A DNA stretch of 64,000 nt from contig CASGEB010000002.1 of assembly GCA_949300375.1 (NCBI GenBank), forward strand, positions 1,816-65,815. The letters are read 5' to 3'. Shown here piece after piece: positions 38,670 through 48,247 of the stretch. The notes below the pieces were generated by a model. That model did not search any database. It was not told the origin of the DNA and saw nothing but the letters and a program-made list of their open reading frames with translations. The stretch comes from an uncultured Pseudomonadota bacterium (GTDB taxonomy: Bacteria > Pseudomonadota > Alphaproteobacteria > RF32 > CAG-239). Made by a program: the position numbers and the translations under genes. Each line of letters opens with the position of its first letter. Position 1 is the first letter of the stretch.

Positions 38670-39764
38670 TTAAAATCGGTCGGCCCAAGCTGTTTCTTCA
38701 ATAGCTTCAACCTTGTTAATTGCATTTTTGGCCATGCGGCTGGTTCTCGGCAGATAGGTTTCGAGAATCTGCCGGCAGGTTTCTATTTTGTGGCCGGTTA
38801 CCGAGGAAATCTCGGCTTCTGTGCATCCGGCCTCTGCCATACGGACAACGGCCGTCCGGCGTAAATCAAGGAATTTCAGTCTTGCGCAGGACGGCATTGT
38901 CTTGGCGGCCTCGTCCCGGACTTTTTGAAATTCGTGACTGAAATAACTTTGCCTCATTTTCCCGCCATAAGAATCTGCTTTAACAATCAGTCCTCCCACT
39001 TCCGGAATAAGACCGGCTAACCGCTCTTTCAGGGTTTTGTGTGCCGGAACTTCAATCCAACGGTCGGTTTTTTGTTGTTTTAACCTGAAAAAGCCATGGG
39101 AATATTTATTCCAGTCAAGGCTTAAGATATCGGCTTCGCGCTGTCCCAGGCAGGCTCCGCAAATTATAGCCGTGCCGATGGCTTTCTTTTGCATGTTGTC
39201 GGCTGTTTTGACCATGTGGTTTTGTTCTTGCGGCGTCCAGACAATATCGCGTGAATCCGGTGTTTCGGTTTTTGGCCGGGCAGCCGGATTTATCCGGATT
39301 TTTCCGGCGTCAACTGCATATTGCAGCAAAAGCCGCAATATGGCGATAACCGCGTGGCCCATACGCAGACCTTTTTTGGCACACAGAGCCTCATAAAAAT
39401 TGTGGACGTTTCCTCTGGTAATTGCTTCGACGGGAACATTTCCGGCCCAGGCCTTTATTAAAGATATTTTATATTTGTAATCTTTTTGGGTATTGGCCGC
39501 ACGTTTCTTAAACCGCGGGCTTTCCAAATATGCTGTGGCCAGGTCGTTCATGGTATATTCTCCGGGGCTTTTCTCCGGAGTTGCGGCATCGCCTTTGCGC
39601 CAGGCATCCAAAATCCGGTTTTGTTCTTCAGCTTTATCAATGGCTGCCCGGCGGTTGGTGCCAAGTTCAAGGCTTTCCCAGCCCAGGGTGCGAAGTCTTG
39701 TCGACGGCTGCCAATAGTAACAGTTTCCTTTTTGAATGAGATACCTTATTTTGATTCTGGACAT
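38670..39764 (-). CDS. int: Tyrosine-type phage integrase
   Basis: C-terminal catalytic region (LDLRRTAVVRMAEAG...VTGH...ETYLPRT) and N-terminal arm-binding-like domain. Confidence 0.85.
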   Translation of the reverse strand: MSRIKIRYLIQKGNCYYWQPSTRLRTLGWESLELGTNRRAAIDKAEEQNRILDAWRKGDAATPEKSPGEYTMNDLATAYLESPRFKKRAANTQKDYKYKISLIKAWAGNVPVEAITRGNVHNFYEALCAKKGLRMGHAVIAILRLLLQYAVDAGKIRINPAARPKTETPDSRDIVWTPQEQNHMVKTADNMQKKAIGTAIICGACLGQREADILSLDWNKYSHGFFRLKQQKTDRWIEVPAHKTLKERLAGLIPEVGGLIVKADSYGGKMRQSYFSHEFQKVRDEAAKTMPSCARLKFLDLRRTAVVRMAEAGCTEAEISSVTGHKIETCRQILETYLPRTSRMAKNAINKVEAIEETAWADRF

Positions 39765-39773
39765 TTTTAGCTC

Positions 39774-40091
39774 CTAACGTTTTTTCAAGAAATTAACGAC
39801 GCCGGAAACGTCCTCGTCCTTCAAAAGATCCAGAAGTTCAAGTTGTTCCGGGCTGTATATCTTGTCAGCCGCAATTTCATTGAAAAGAATGGTGGGACTG
39901 ATATTAAGCCCCTGGCAGAAAAGAACCAGAAACGATGCCGGTATTTTAGAAGCGTTTTGCTCATAGCGGGCAATCTTGCGTTCATATACCCCGGTCAGTT
40001 CTTCCAGCTTGCGGCGCGAAATATTGTATTTCTCCCGCAGGCTTTTTATCTTGTCGGCAATGGCTTTGTTGATTTCGGCACTCGACTGCAT
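39774..40091 (-). CDS. HTH_XRE DNA-binding protein (excisionase- or regulator-like)
   Basis: HTH motif ISRRKLEELTGVYERKIARYE. ATG with a GAGGTG ribosome-binding site. Confidence 0.55.
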   Translation of the reverse strand: MQSSAEINKAIADKIKSLREKYNISRRKLEELTGVYERKIARYEQNASKIPASFLVLFCQGLNISPTILFNEIAADKIYSPEQLELLDLLKDEDVSGVVNFLKKR

Positions 40092-40099
40092 TCGGCACC

Positions 40100-40366
40100 T
40101 CACAAGTTTGCAGCATTGGCGTCAAGAATTTGCTGCCAGTATTTCTTTGGCTGATTATCGTTTACCTTTAGATAATCGGGCAGCTGCATATCAAGCCATA
40201 ATTCGACCGCACGGGAATCCCAGTTGCAGCCGAAGCCTTCTATCGGAGCCGGAAACTTCCGCTCTTTGCAGAGCTTTCGCCAGTTTTTGTACGTCCAGGA
40301 CGTCGTCTTATCAAAAATGACTGCCAGATCCGCAATTCCTAAAAGTCTGCGTTCCTGCATAAACAT
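40100..40366 (-). CDS. AlpA-family (MerR-like) phage transcriptional regulator or excisionase
   Basis: LLGIADLAVIFDKTTSWTYKNW...FPAPIEGFG..WDSRAVELWL fits the AlpA pattern. Confidence 0.55.
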   Translation of the reverse strand: MFMQERRLLGIADLAVIFDKTTSWTYKNWRKLCKERKFPAPIEGFGCNWDSRAVELWLDMQLPDYLKVNDNQPKKYWQQILDANAANL

Positions 40367-40443
40367 TACTCCTCAATCGTTGAATTAACAATCGAGGTTA
40401 TAAATTATTATGACAAAAATGTCAACACAAAAATGTCATAATA

Positions 40444-41016
40444 TTATTTATTGCTGACATTTTTTGCTTTTGTGTTGCTGTTTACTTTAGGAAGAAAAGA
40501 TTTGACAATGCTTTCCAGCTGTTCTTTCTGACTGGGAATAACGTTACGATATGCCTGCAGTAGCAGCTTTTCATCATCTGCTTCTTCCCCGCCGAGCGCG
40601 GACTGTTGAAAAATGCGTTTATTTTGCCAGTTTGAAAGGATTATGCTTAACAGAACAAGGGTATCGTCAACCGACAATTCACCGGAATCTTCTATTTTCC
40701 GGTATGCTGTATCGGTTATGCCGAGGCTGGCGGCCATTGACGTGCCGCTGACGCCGGCGCTCAACCGGACGAAATGCAGCAGTTCTTTGGTGTTTATGGC
40801 TTTTTCCTGATCATTGAAGACGATTTTATTATCGCCGAAAAGATCGGCAAGGCTGCATTGCAGCGCGTTTGCTATATCAATGGCCACGCTGATTTTCATA
40901 TCGCTGTATTTTTCATAGCGGTCTATATAGCGTTGGTCAACACCGAGCATTCCCGCCAATTTTGCTTGCGACCAGCCTCTTTTTTCTCTGATTTTTTTCA
41001 GGTTGTTTTGCATCAT
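40444..41016 (-). CDS. cI-like repressor with two HTH_XRE domains
   Basis: ATGATG start with a perfect AAGGAG ribosome-binding site. Two HTH segments (LKKIREKRGWSQAKLAGMLGV..., SAGVSGTSMAASLGITDTAY...). Confidence 0.7.
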   Translation of the reverse strand: MMQNNLKKIREKRGWSQAKLAGMLGVDQRYIDRYEKYSDMKISVAIDIANALQCSLADLFGDNKIVFNDQEKAINTKELLHFVRLSAGVSGTSMAASLGITDTAYRKIEDSGELSVDDTLVLLSIILSNWQNKRIFQQSALGGEEADDEKLLLQAYRNVIPSQKEQLESIVKSFLPKVNSNTKAKNVSNK

Positions 41017-41276
41017 TGCCACTCCTTGTAAATTTTTATACACAATCTTAAACTGGCATTTTTGCCGTTTCCACCACAAATTTGACATTATTTTTTTATA
41101 TTATGACATTTTTGTATTGACAATATTGTCATAATATGATTTGAATCGTTTACAGAGGTTAAAAGTAAACTTGATAAGGCTTAATAATGGCTGTTTTGCT
41201 ATATAATAATCACAATCTTTCATCAACGAAATTGTCAGACAACACAACAATTTTAACAATAATGGAAGGTTTTTGT
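41017..41276. promoter_or_regulatory. Divergent promoter and operator region of the lysogeny switch
   Basis: TGACAATATTGTCA perfect palindrome at about 41118-41131, preceded by TTTGTATTGACAA. Extra TGACAT half-sites at 41083 and 41104. Confidence 0.6.
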
Positions 41277-41603
41277 ATGGCAAAAGACGACATTAATTTG
41301 CAGATCGGCCAGAGATGGGCCTCTGCACTGAAGAAAAGATTTCCGGAAAGAAACACGGTGAAACTGGTGGCCAGAAGTTTTGACATTGAGGTCAGAACGG
41401 CCAGATCCTGGCTTGAAGGGCAGGCACCGCGCTGCCAGCACCTGTTTGTGGCCGGACAGAAGTTTGGCATGGGGATTTTGTTTGAACTCTTTTCTCCAAA
41501 TAGAAAAGTTGGTAAACTTGAAGACAGCTTGTTGAACCTGGAAAAGAAGATCTATCAACTCGGACAGGAACTCCGTGCCATTCGAGAGAGGGGCGACTTA
41601 TGA
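41277..41603 (+). CDS. Cro/CII-like small DNA-binding protein
   Basis: GGAAGG ribosome-binding site. HTH-like segment NTVKLVARSFDIEVRTARSWL. Divergent from the repressor. Confidence 0.5.
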   Translation: MAKDDINLQIGQRWASALKKRFPERNTVKLVARSFDIEVRTARSWLEGQAPRCQHLFVAGQKFGMGILFELFSPNRKVGKLEDSLLNLEKKIYQLGQELRAIRERGDL

Positions 41604-41693
41604 TTTTTAAGTTGCCCGCTCTCTTTTTTGTGTTGTTGGGACAATTTTTCAACCTTGTCGCATGTGGGTGCCTTTTCTTTGCAAGGAAATTGT

Positions 41694-42770
41694 ATGGGAA
41701 CAGAAAACAGAATTGAAATTCCGGAAATCGTCCATCTTCTGAGCAGCAAGATGGACTATCTTGTTGTTGCTTTGGGACTGCAGGGACGTTATGAGAATAA
41801 TGATTTTGTCGCTTATAATCCGACAAGAAACGATACTCATCTGGGCTCTTTCCGGATTTGCGTCAAAGGCCCGAAATGCGGAACCTGGAAAGAATTTGCC
41901 GGCGGAGAGGCCGGCGGCGACGCCCTCGAACTGATTAATTACTGCCTTTTTGGCAACCGGCAGAACAAAGCCGAGGCAATCAAATGGGCAAAAGTCTTTT
42001 TGGGAATTGATAACACTCTGAAGCCCGGCGAGTTGAAAATGATCAAACAGGAAGCCCGGGACTATAAGGAAAAAGCTGCGGAGGCTGACAAAGAACGCCG
42101 GGAAAAAAGCCGTAAAATGGCTGAACGCATTTTCTTGTCTGCCGAACCTAACATTGCCGGAACGCCGGTTGAAGAATATTTGTTAAACCGGGGCATCGAT
42201 CTGCGTGAACTCGGCAAACATCCAAAATCTTTGCGTTATGCGCCGAAATGCTGGTTTTCTCCGGAAGAACCGGAAGTCCCGGCAATGGTGGCCTGCATTA
42301 ATGCTCCGGATGGCAGCTTTATGGCTGTTCACCGGACTTTTTTGCAGAATGACAAAGGTCTTTGGATCAAACGCAAAAAAAGAGTGCTCGGCGATTGTGC
42401 CGGCGGCGTCATTCGTTTGTGGCGCGGGGATACCAATGCTCCGGTCAGCCGGCTGGAAGCAGGAATGGTCAAAGAAACTGAAAATTCCGGCCTCTTGATT
42501 ATTTCCGAAGGAATTGAAAATGGTCTTTCCGTTGCGGTTGCCTGTCCGGAATATCGCGTTTGGGCATCAATATCCAGTTCAAATATGGCGAACGTCAAAA
42601 TCCCCGGATGTATTGATACCGTCATTATTGCCGCAGATAACGATGAGCCGGATTCTCCGGCTGACAGGGGCATTATGAAAGCTGCAGAGGAATTTGAACG
42701 CCAGGGCGTTATCGTCAAAATCGCACATAGCCCGAGCGGCAAAGATTTTAATGACCAGTTAAAAGCTTAA
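41694..42770 (+). CDS. Primase-like protein (zinc-binding N-terminus plus Toprim domain)
   Basis: Zinc-binding segment CVKGPKCGTW. Toprim acidic motif VIIAADNDEPDSPADRG. Confidence 0.6.
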   Translation: MGTENRIEIPEIVHLLSSKMDYLVVALGLQGRYENNDFVAYNPTRNDTHLGSFRICVKGPKCGTWKEFAGGEAGGDALELINYCLFGNRQNKAEAIKWAKVFLGIDNTLKPGELKMIKQEARDYKEKAAEADKERREKSRKMAERIFLSAEPNIAGTPVEEYLLNRGIDLRELGKHPKSLRYAPKCWFSPEEPEVPAMVACINAPDGSFMAVHRTFLQNDKGLWIKRKKRVLGDCAGGVIRLWRGDTNAPVSRLEAGMVKETENSGLLIISEGIENGLSVAVACPEYRVWASISSSNMANVKIPGCIDTVIIAADNDEPDSPADRGIMKAAEEFERQGVIVKIAHSPSGKDFNDQLKA

Positions 42771-42800
42771 AAGCATTGGCGTGCTTGAAAGAAGGATAAA

Positions 42801-44543
42801 ATGTCTGAAGAAAATAAAAAGGCGATAGCCGCCGCAATTAAAAATGCAAAAACGCTCAGGAAAAAAAGCAGGAATTTTCTGCCCGACGGCTGCCCGGTTG
42901 TCCCGTTAGGAACAAAAGACGGCCTCTATTATTACATTACGCCGTTGTCGCAGCTGCGCTGTCTGAAGGATAAAGACCACGGCGCCAAGCAGATTTTAAG
43001 CCTTTTTGAAATGGAAAGCAGTTTTTTGCAATCCGGCCGGTATGCCAGGACAAATGCCAAAGGCGAAGTAACCGGCTGGTATTCTGACGAAGTGGCCCGC
43101 GACCTTATGGCCAGCTGCGCCCAGGAAGGTATTTGGGAGCCCGGCGATAAAGTCCGCGGCGCCGGCGCCTGGCGTAATGATGACGGAAACATTGTCATTC
43201 ACTGCGGCGATGTCATTTTTGAAAATAATAAAGAGTTTAAGCCAGGTATTCACGGCTCGTTCGTTTATCCTTCCGAGCCTAAACGCCAAAGACCTGCGCT
43301 TATAGGGGCGGCTCCCGGAGAGGTCAACGAGCTTTTGGAGCTGATAAAGACCTGGAACTGGAGCCGTCCTGACCTTGATCCGTTCCTTTTGCTCGGCTGG
43401 ATTGGCGCAGCCTCTATCGGCGGCGCATTGAAATGGCGGCCGCTGATGTGGGTGACCGGCGATAAAGGAACCGGGAAATCGACATTGCAGGACTTGATAA
43501 CGGCGGTTTTTGCCGGTTCTTTGCTTGCCGTTTCCGATACAACCCCGGCCGGTATCTGGCAAAGTGTTAAATATTCCAGTCTGCCGGTCGCTCTCGATGA
43601 GATTGAGCCTGAAGATGATAACAAAAAAGTCCAGGCAGTCATCAAACTGGCGCGGCAAGCCTGTTCCGGAGGTGTAGTCTTAAGAGGTAGCTCCGACGGC
43701 CAAGCCGGCACATTTAAGGCGATGAACTGCTATTTCTTCAGCTCAATCCTTATCCCGCCGCTGCTGCCTCAGGACCGGTCGCGCATGGCGATTTTGGATC
43801 TGGGGCACATCGGCGGGAAACCCCCGGTTATCAATCATAAGCATTTTGGCGAGCTGGGAGCTAAAATCTTAAGGAAAATGCTGGACTGCTTCAACACCTT
43901 TACAGACAATATTGAGATTTTGCGCGGAAAATTATCAGCTGCCGGTCTCGACAGCCGCGGCTGCGACCAATTCGGCGTGCTTTTGGCGGCTGCCGATATT
44001 TTGCTGACCAACGGCGATGTCATGGATTCTGACAGCGCTTCGATTTGGGTGGAGCGGATAAAACCGCTTATTGCCCAGGAAAAATACGAAAATGTTTCTG
44101 ACCATACCGCCTGCGCCGAGCATTTATTTACCAGCTTTGCCGATATTTACAAAGACGGTGCCAAAAGAACAATCGGCGACTGGATTGCCGAGGCTGCCGG
44201 ACTTGATTGTTCCCGGGCGGCTGCTAATGCCGATCCGCAGCAGGCCAATAAAATTATTTCAACCTATGGCCTTCGTGTCGAGAAGGTCAAAAGCTGCCGC
44301 GGTGAAGAGATTCCCGCCTTATTTGTCGCCAGCCGGCACCAGGGGCTTGCAAAAGTTTATGAAAATACGCATTGGCGGCAGGGCGTCTGGATTCAGGCCT
44401 TCCGCCGTTTTCCCGGTGCGACAAATTACAATACTAAACGTTTTAACGGGGTTGCAGCTAAATGTGTGTATGTGCCGCTTGACAATCTGCCTTTGCATCC
44501 GGACGTCGACGAGGTGGTCGCATTAATGAATGCTACAGCTTGA
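42801..44543 (+). CDS. P-loop NTPase, P4/D5-type replicative helicase-like protein
   Basis: Walker A GDKGTGKST, Walker B LDEIEPED. 580 aa. Immediately downstream of the primase. Confidence 0.6.
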   Translation: MSEENKKAIAAAIKNAKTLRKKSRNFLPDGCPVVPLGTKDGLYYYITPLSQLRCLKDKDHGAKQILSLFEMESSFLQSGRYARTNAKGEVTGWYSDEVARDLMASCAQEGIWEPGDKVRGAGAWRNDDGNIVIHCGDVIFENNKEFKPGIHGSFVYPSEPKRQRPALIGAAPGEVNELLELIKTWNWSRPDLDPFLLLGWIGAASIGGALKWRPLMWVTGDKGTGKSTLQDLITAVFAGSLLAVSDTTPAGIWQSVKYSSLPVALDEIEPEDDNKKVQAVIKLARQACSGGVVLRGSSDGQAGTFKAMNCYFFSSILIPPLLPQDRSRMAILDLGHIGGKPPVINHKHFGELGAKILRKMLDCFNTFTDNIEILRGKLSAAGLDSRGCDQFGVLLAAADILLTNGDVMDSDSASIWVERIKPLIAQEKYENVSDHTACAEHLFTSFADIYKDGAKRTIGDWIAEAAGLDCSRAAANADPQQANKIISTYGLRVEKVKSCRGEEIPALFVASRHQGLAKVYENTHWRQGVWIQAFRRFPGATNYNTKRFNGVAAKCVYVPLDNLPLHPDVDEVVALMNATA

Positions 44544-44544
44544 T

Positions 44545-44580
44545 CACTAACTTTATCACTAACTTTATCACAACTTTATC
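44545..44580. repeat. Three tandem copies of an 11-12 bp unit (CACTAACTTTAT x2, CACAACTTTAT)
   Basis: Seen directly at the stop of the helicase gene. Confidence 0.6.
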
Positions 44581-44582
44581 AG

Positions 44583-44607
44583 TCGCCCTTATCCGGGCGG
44601 CTTTTTT
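44583..44607 (+). terminator. Rho-independent terminator after the replication module
   Basis: CGCCC-TTATCC-GGGCG hairpin followed by CTTTTTTA. Confidence 0.55.
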
Positions 44608-45014
44608 ATCTCTCCCCGGGCCCCTGAGGTCTCCATACAGCCTTTTTGTCTTTGGCTGACCATTTTGTCGGCTTCAGCAAAAAGGTCTTTATAAACAAAA
44701 AAATGCTTAAAAAAGGCACTCCAATGGCATTATTGCTATTTTTTTGCAAAAATCAGTGGTTATCCACCTGATTTTTGCAGCGTTATGAAAAAAGTTTGCG
44801 GCGCTGAAAGCGGCGGAAACAAGCCGGTGGAGCCCAGCCAGGACTCCCTCATCCCTTACCCGTACCCAAAATTTTTCTTGCAAACGCAAAAAATGCGGTG
44901 TAAATATTGTCTTGATAGATTTTCTTATTTCCCGGCTCTCGGCCGTAATCCGCAACCGCGCAACAATCAAGTTGCTTTAAAAGTTGCGTTACTTATCCCG
45001 AAAAATCAACAAGT

Positions 45015-45222
45015 TATTTAAACCGCAACCGGCGCAACCGCCGGAATGTTTTTTTCTTCACGCGCGCGCGCATATGGGAAAAAACCGGTTGCGTTGGTTG
45101 CTCTGGTTGCGGGTTCTATTCATTATTATAATTATTATTTTTTTTTCAGATATTTAAATAAATAAAATAAACATATAGAGGCGCAACTTTGCCGCAACTT
45201 TGCCGCAACCGCCGCAACTTTG
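45015..45222. repeat. Iteron-like GCAAC/GTTGC repeat clusters flanking an AT-rich stretch (candidate ori or pac region)
   Basis: aaccgcaaccggcgcaaccgcc at 45018-45045, the inverted ggttgcgttggttgctctggttgcgg at 45088-45117, an AT-rich run at 45121-45175, and gcgcaactttgccgcaactttgccgcaaccgccgcaactttgg at 45181-45222. Confidence 0.55.
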
Positions 45223-45240
45223 GAAAAGGTAATTAAATAT

Positions 45241-45882
45241 ATGGTTGATATTGCTCAAAACCTGACTGGCCTTGCTACTGCGGTCAAATTGACCTCAAAT
45301 TGCAGCGAGGATCAGAGAGAAAATTCCGCCGCTTCAAAAAATTTTGAAACAGCGGACCTTTTCTCGTGTGATGAGCAGCCCGTTTCTTTGCCTGCCAGGT
45401 CAGAAAACGGCGGTGAAGATTGTATTCCCGGGCTTCCGGGGACGGGTTCTGCCGCTCCGCGTACGCCTGGAAGGCCCAAAGGTGCACGCAATCGGTCAAC
45501 TGAAGAATGGCGCAAGTATATTTTGAGCAAGTACAAAAGCCCGCTGGTGATGCTTTGTGAAGTCTACTCCAGGCCTTTGGCCGAGCTCAAAAAGGAAGTC
45601 AACTGCGATGCTTTGGACGCTTTTAAGCTCCAGCTTTCGGCCGCGCAGGCTGCAATTCCGTATTTGCACCAAAAGCAGCCTTTGGCTATTGAAGACAACC
45701 GCGACAGCGTTCCGGTCATCAATATCAATGTTTCAAGCTTTGATGCCAAGGTTTTGGCCGACCGTTCCGGTAATATCCGGCCGGAATTGACCTCGGTCGA
45801 GATGGTAACCGATGCAGAATTTGCCGAGCTTCTCGATGAACAGGAAGCGCAATGCAAAAATGACGCAGATTCAAACGATTAG
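45241..45882 (+). CDS. Putative terminase small subunit
   Basis: Sits directly upstream of TerL. Basic N-terminal region (RTPGRPKGARNRS), acidic C-terminus. Assigned by position only. Confidence 0.35.
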   Translation: MVDIAQNLTGLATAVKLTSNCSEDQRENSAASKNFETADLFSCDEQPVSLPARSENGGEDCIPGLPGTGSAAPRTPGRPKGARNRSTEEWRKYILSKYKSPLVMLCEVYSRPLAELKKEVNCDALDAFKLQLSAAQAAIPYLHQKQPLAIEDNRDSVPVININVSSFDAKVLADRSGNIRPELTSVEMVTDAEFAELLDEQEAQCKNDADSND

Positions 45883-46187
45883 TTTGTTTTATTTGTTAAA
45901 AGTCTGAATACAAGAGTCTGAAAGCCAGGCGAAACATTAGGAAAATCAAGGCTTTCAGGCTGTTTAAGCACTTGATTAAAAATCTTTTGTTCTGTCTGAA
46001 ATATGGCTTTTTTGAAAGTTTTTAATCGGATTTATGGTTTTTGACGGGGGTATGCCGGCGGTTCGTTTTCGAAATTTCTTCTCCCAAAACGGACAGAGAA
46101 ATTTTCTCGAATTTCAAAAGCACCCCGGAAACAAAAAAAGAAAAGGGTTCGGGCAGTGGGTTCGGGCTCGGGTTTTAGGGTTTGGGA

Positions 46188-47642
46188 ATGGTTGTTGAAG
46201 ACGCAATTATAAACGCATTGACTTTTGCTCCGGAAAAAACAATCGGGCCGGTGGCTGCTGCGTTTTATTATGATAATCACGAGATTTCGGCAATAATGGG
46301 GCCGGTCGGTTCGGCCAAGACGTCAACGGCCATGATGAAAGTCTTCAGACATGCGCTGCTTCAGGAACCAAACGAACGGGGGATTCGGTATTACAAACAC
46401 ACCATTATCCGGGACACCTACCGAAATCTTAATAAAACGACAATTCCTTCCTGGCTTCGCTGGATTCCAAAAGACTTGGGTACCTGGCGCGGCGGCGGCA
46501 GCGCGGAACCGGCAACGCATAATTTGAAATTCAAGCTTTCACACGACGGAACTTTTGTTGATTTGCAGGTCGATTTTATAGCCATGGGCGACGCTAACGT
46601 GGAAAATGCCTTAAAAGGTTTGGAAACAACGTCAATCCATATCAACGAGGCCGATTTGGTGTCTGAAGATGTTATGTCTTATGGCGCCGGCCGTACCGGA
46701 CGTTTTCCCAGCGGCCCGTTCGGACGCTGCTCCTGGAAAGGAATTTGGTCGGATTTGAACGCGCCGCAGGAAGACAACTATATGGCGGATAAGTTTATTT
46801 TTAACAAACCCGAAAGTTTTGCTTTCTTCCGACAACCTTCCGGAGAAAGCCCCGAAGCTGAAAACCTGCAGAACCTTCCGGGCGGCGCAAAATATTATTT
46901 GGCTCAAAAAGATGTGCTGGCTCCGGATCTTTACCGCCGCCTTGTTTTGAATGAAATCGGTTATTCCCGCAGCGGCGAGCCGGTTTATGAGGAATATAAT
47001 GACGACATTCATACCGCAAAAAAGGAATTGTCTCCGGTTCCGGGAATCCCGCTACGGCTTGGGGCGGATGCCGGTTTGACGCCGGCCTGCACAATCGGAC
47101 AAAGACTTCCGGACGGACAGTTTATTGTATTACGCGAGGTCGTCAGCACCGGAATTGGCGTTTATAAATTCGCCGAGGCTGTTAACAAGATTTTAAGCGA
47201 AGAATTTTCTGGCTTTTCCGTTGCCTCGGCTGCTGCCGACCCGGCCGCCGCGGCAAAATCCTCGACCGACCGGGACGAAAAGTCCTGGCTGCAGATACTG
47301 AGAAATGAAACCGGTATTAACTGGCTGCCGGCACCGACAAATAATATTACGCCGCGTTTGGCCGCCGTCAAAGGTATGCTGACACGTTTAATTGACGGCA
47401 AGCCGGGGCTTTTGGTTTCTCCGGCCTGCAAGATCCTGCGGCGCGGTTTTATTTCCGGATATTGCCTAAAGGACGGGGAACCGATGAAAAACGAATATTC
47501 CCACGTCCACGATTCTTTTCAATACAACGCCCTTATGTCCGGAGAATATTTTGAAGTCATGAATCGGCAAAAAAGATTTAAGGATTTGGGCAAAACCTTT
47601 GTTGCCGATACAAATTTCGGAGTTTTCAGCAATGGCTGCTAG
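46188..47642 (+). CDS. terL: Terminase large subunit
   Basis: Walker A AIMGPVGSAKTS. ATPase and nuclease arrangement. 484 aa. Confidence 0.75.
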   Translation: MVVEDAIINALTFAPEKTIGPVAAAFYYDNHEISAIMGPVGSAKTSTAMMKVFRHALLQEPNERGIRYYKHTIIRDTYRNLNKTTIPSWLRWIPKDLGTWRGGGSAEPATHNLKFKLSHDGTFVDLQVDFIAMGDANVENALKGLETTSIHINEADLVSEDVMSYGAGRTGRFPSGPFGRCSWKGIWSDLNAPQEDNYMADKFIFNKPESFAFFRQPSGESPEAENLQNLPGGAKYYLAQKDVLAPDLYRRLVLNEIGYSRSGEPVYEEYNDDIHTAKKELSPVPGIPLRLGADAGLTPACTIGQRLPDGQFIVLREVVSTGIGVYKFAEAVNKILSEEFSGFSVASAAADPAAAAKSSTDRDEKSWLQILRNETGINWLPAPTNNITPRLAAVKGMLTRLIDGKPGLLVSPACKILRRGFISGYCLKDGEPMKNEYSHVHDSFQYNALMSGEYFEVMNRQKRFKDLGKTFVADTNFGVFSNGC

Positions 47643-48054
47643 ACAAGAACATACAATCCACAAGAAACGGGCCTGGGTTATTTTTGAAACCCACAACAAC
47701 CGGCCGGGAAAATTTTTTGAGACGCTTCAGACCTGGGCTCTTAACCGGCTGAAAAAAGGTTTTTCGCATGTTGTTATTGTTAAAGAAAGCGAATTGGAAG
47801 GGGTTTTTACCATCATCAACCCGTATACATCGCAGCTTGAGATTACCGATATTTATGATCCGGATTTTATCTCAAGACTGGTTGAAAGCGGGCAGCATGT
47901 GGTTGAAACGCAGATAAGAGATGATTGCATTGCTTTCAAAGGGCTTATTACCTGCGTGAGCGTGGCAAAATATCTCTTGGGCATAACAAACTGGCGGATT
48001 ATCACGCCTTTTCAACTTTATAAATTTCTGATGAAAGGAAATGAAAATGAGTAA
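47632..48054 (+). CDS. Hypothetical phage protein
   Basis: ATG overlaps the TerL stop. Confidence 0.35.
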   Translation: MAARQEHTIHKKRAWVIFETHNNRPGKFFETLQTWALNRLKKGFSHVVIVKESELEGVFTIINPYTSQLEITDIYDPDFISRLVESGQHVVETQIRDDCIAFKGLITCVSVAKYLLGITNWRIITPFQLYKFLMKGNENE

Positions 48055-48235
48055 AAAGAAAAGTAGCGGTTCAACAACCACTCAAAAAACCGACTATTCA
48101 GAACTGGAACGGCAGAAAGAGCTGCAGCTTGAAGAAGCCGACCGTCTGAAAAGACAAACCCGGGCCAAAAGAGTTAATCTGACGCGACGCAGTGCCAGCC
48201 TTTTGGGCTCCAGTATTGGAAAACTTCTGGGATAA
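48041..48235 (+). CDS. Small hypothetical phage protein
   Basis: AAGGA ribosome-binding site. 64 aa, basic. Confidence 0.3.
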   Translation: MKMSKKKSSGSTTTQKTDYSELERQKELQLEEADRLKRQTRAKRVNLTRRSASLLGSSIGKLLG

Positions 48236-48247
48236 GGAGGAAACTAT

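Noticed and set aside
44707-45021. ORFs of 87 aa (minus) and 78 aa (plus) in the 700-bp region between the helicase and terS
   Set aside because: The region is dominated by repeats (iteron-like arrays, AT-rich tract). No ribosome-binding sites, and the translations look random. Treated as non-coding ori/pac-type DNA.
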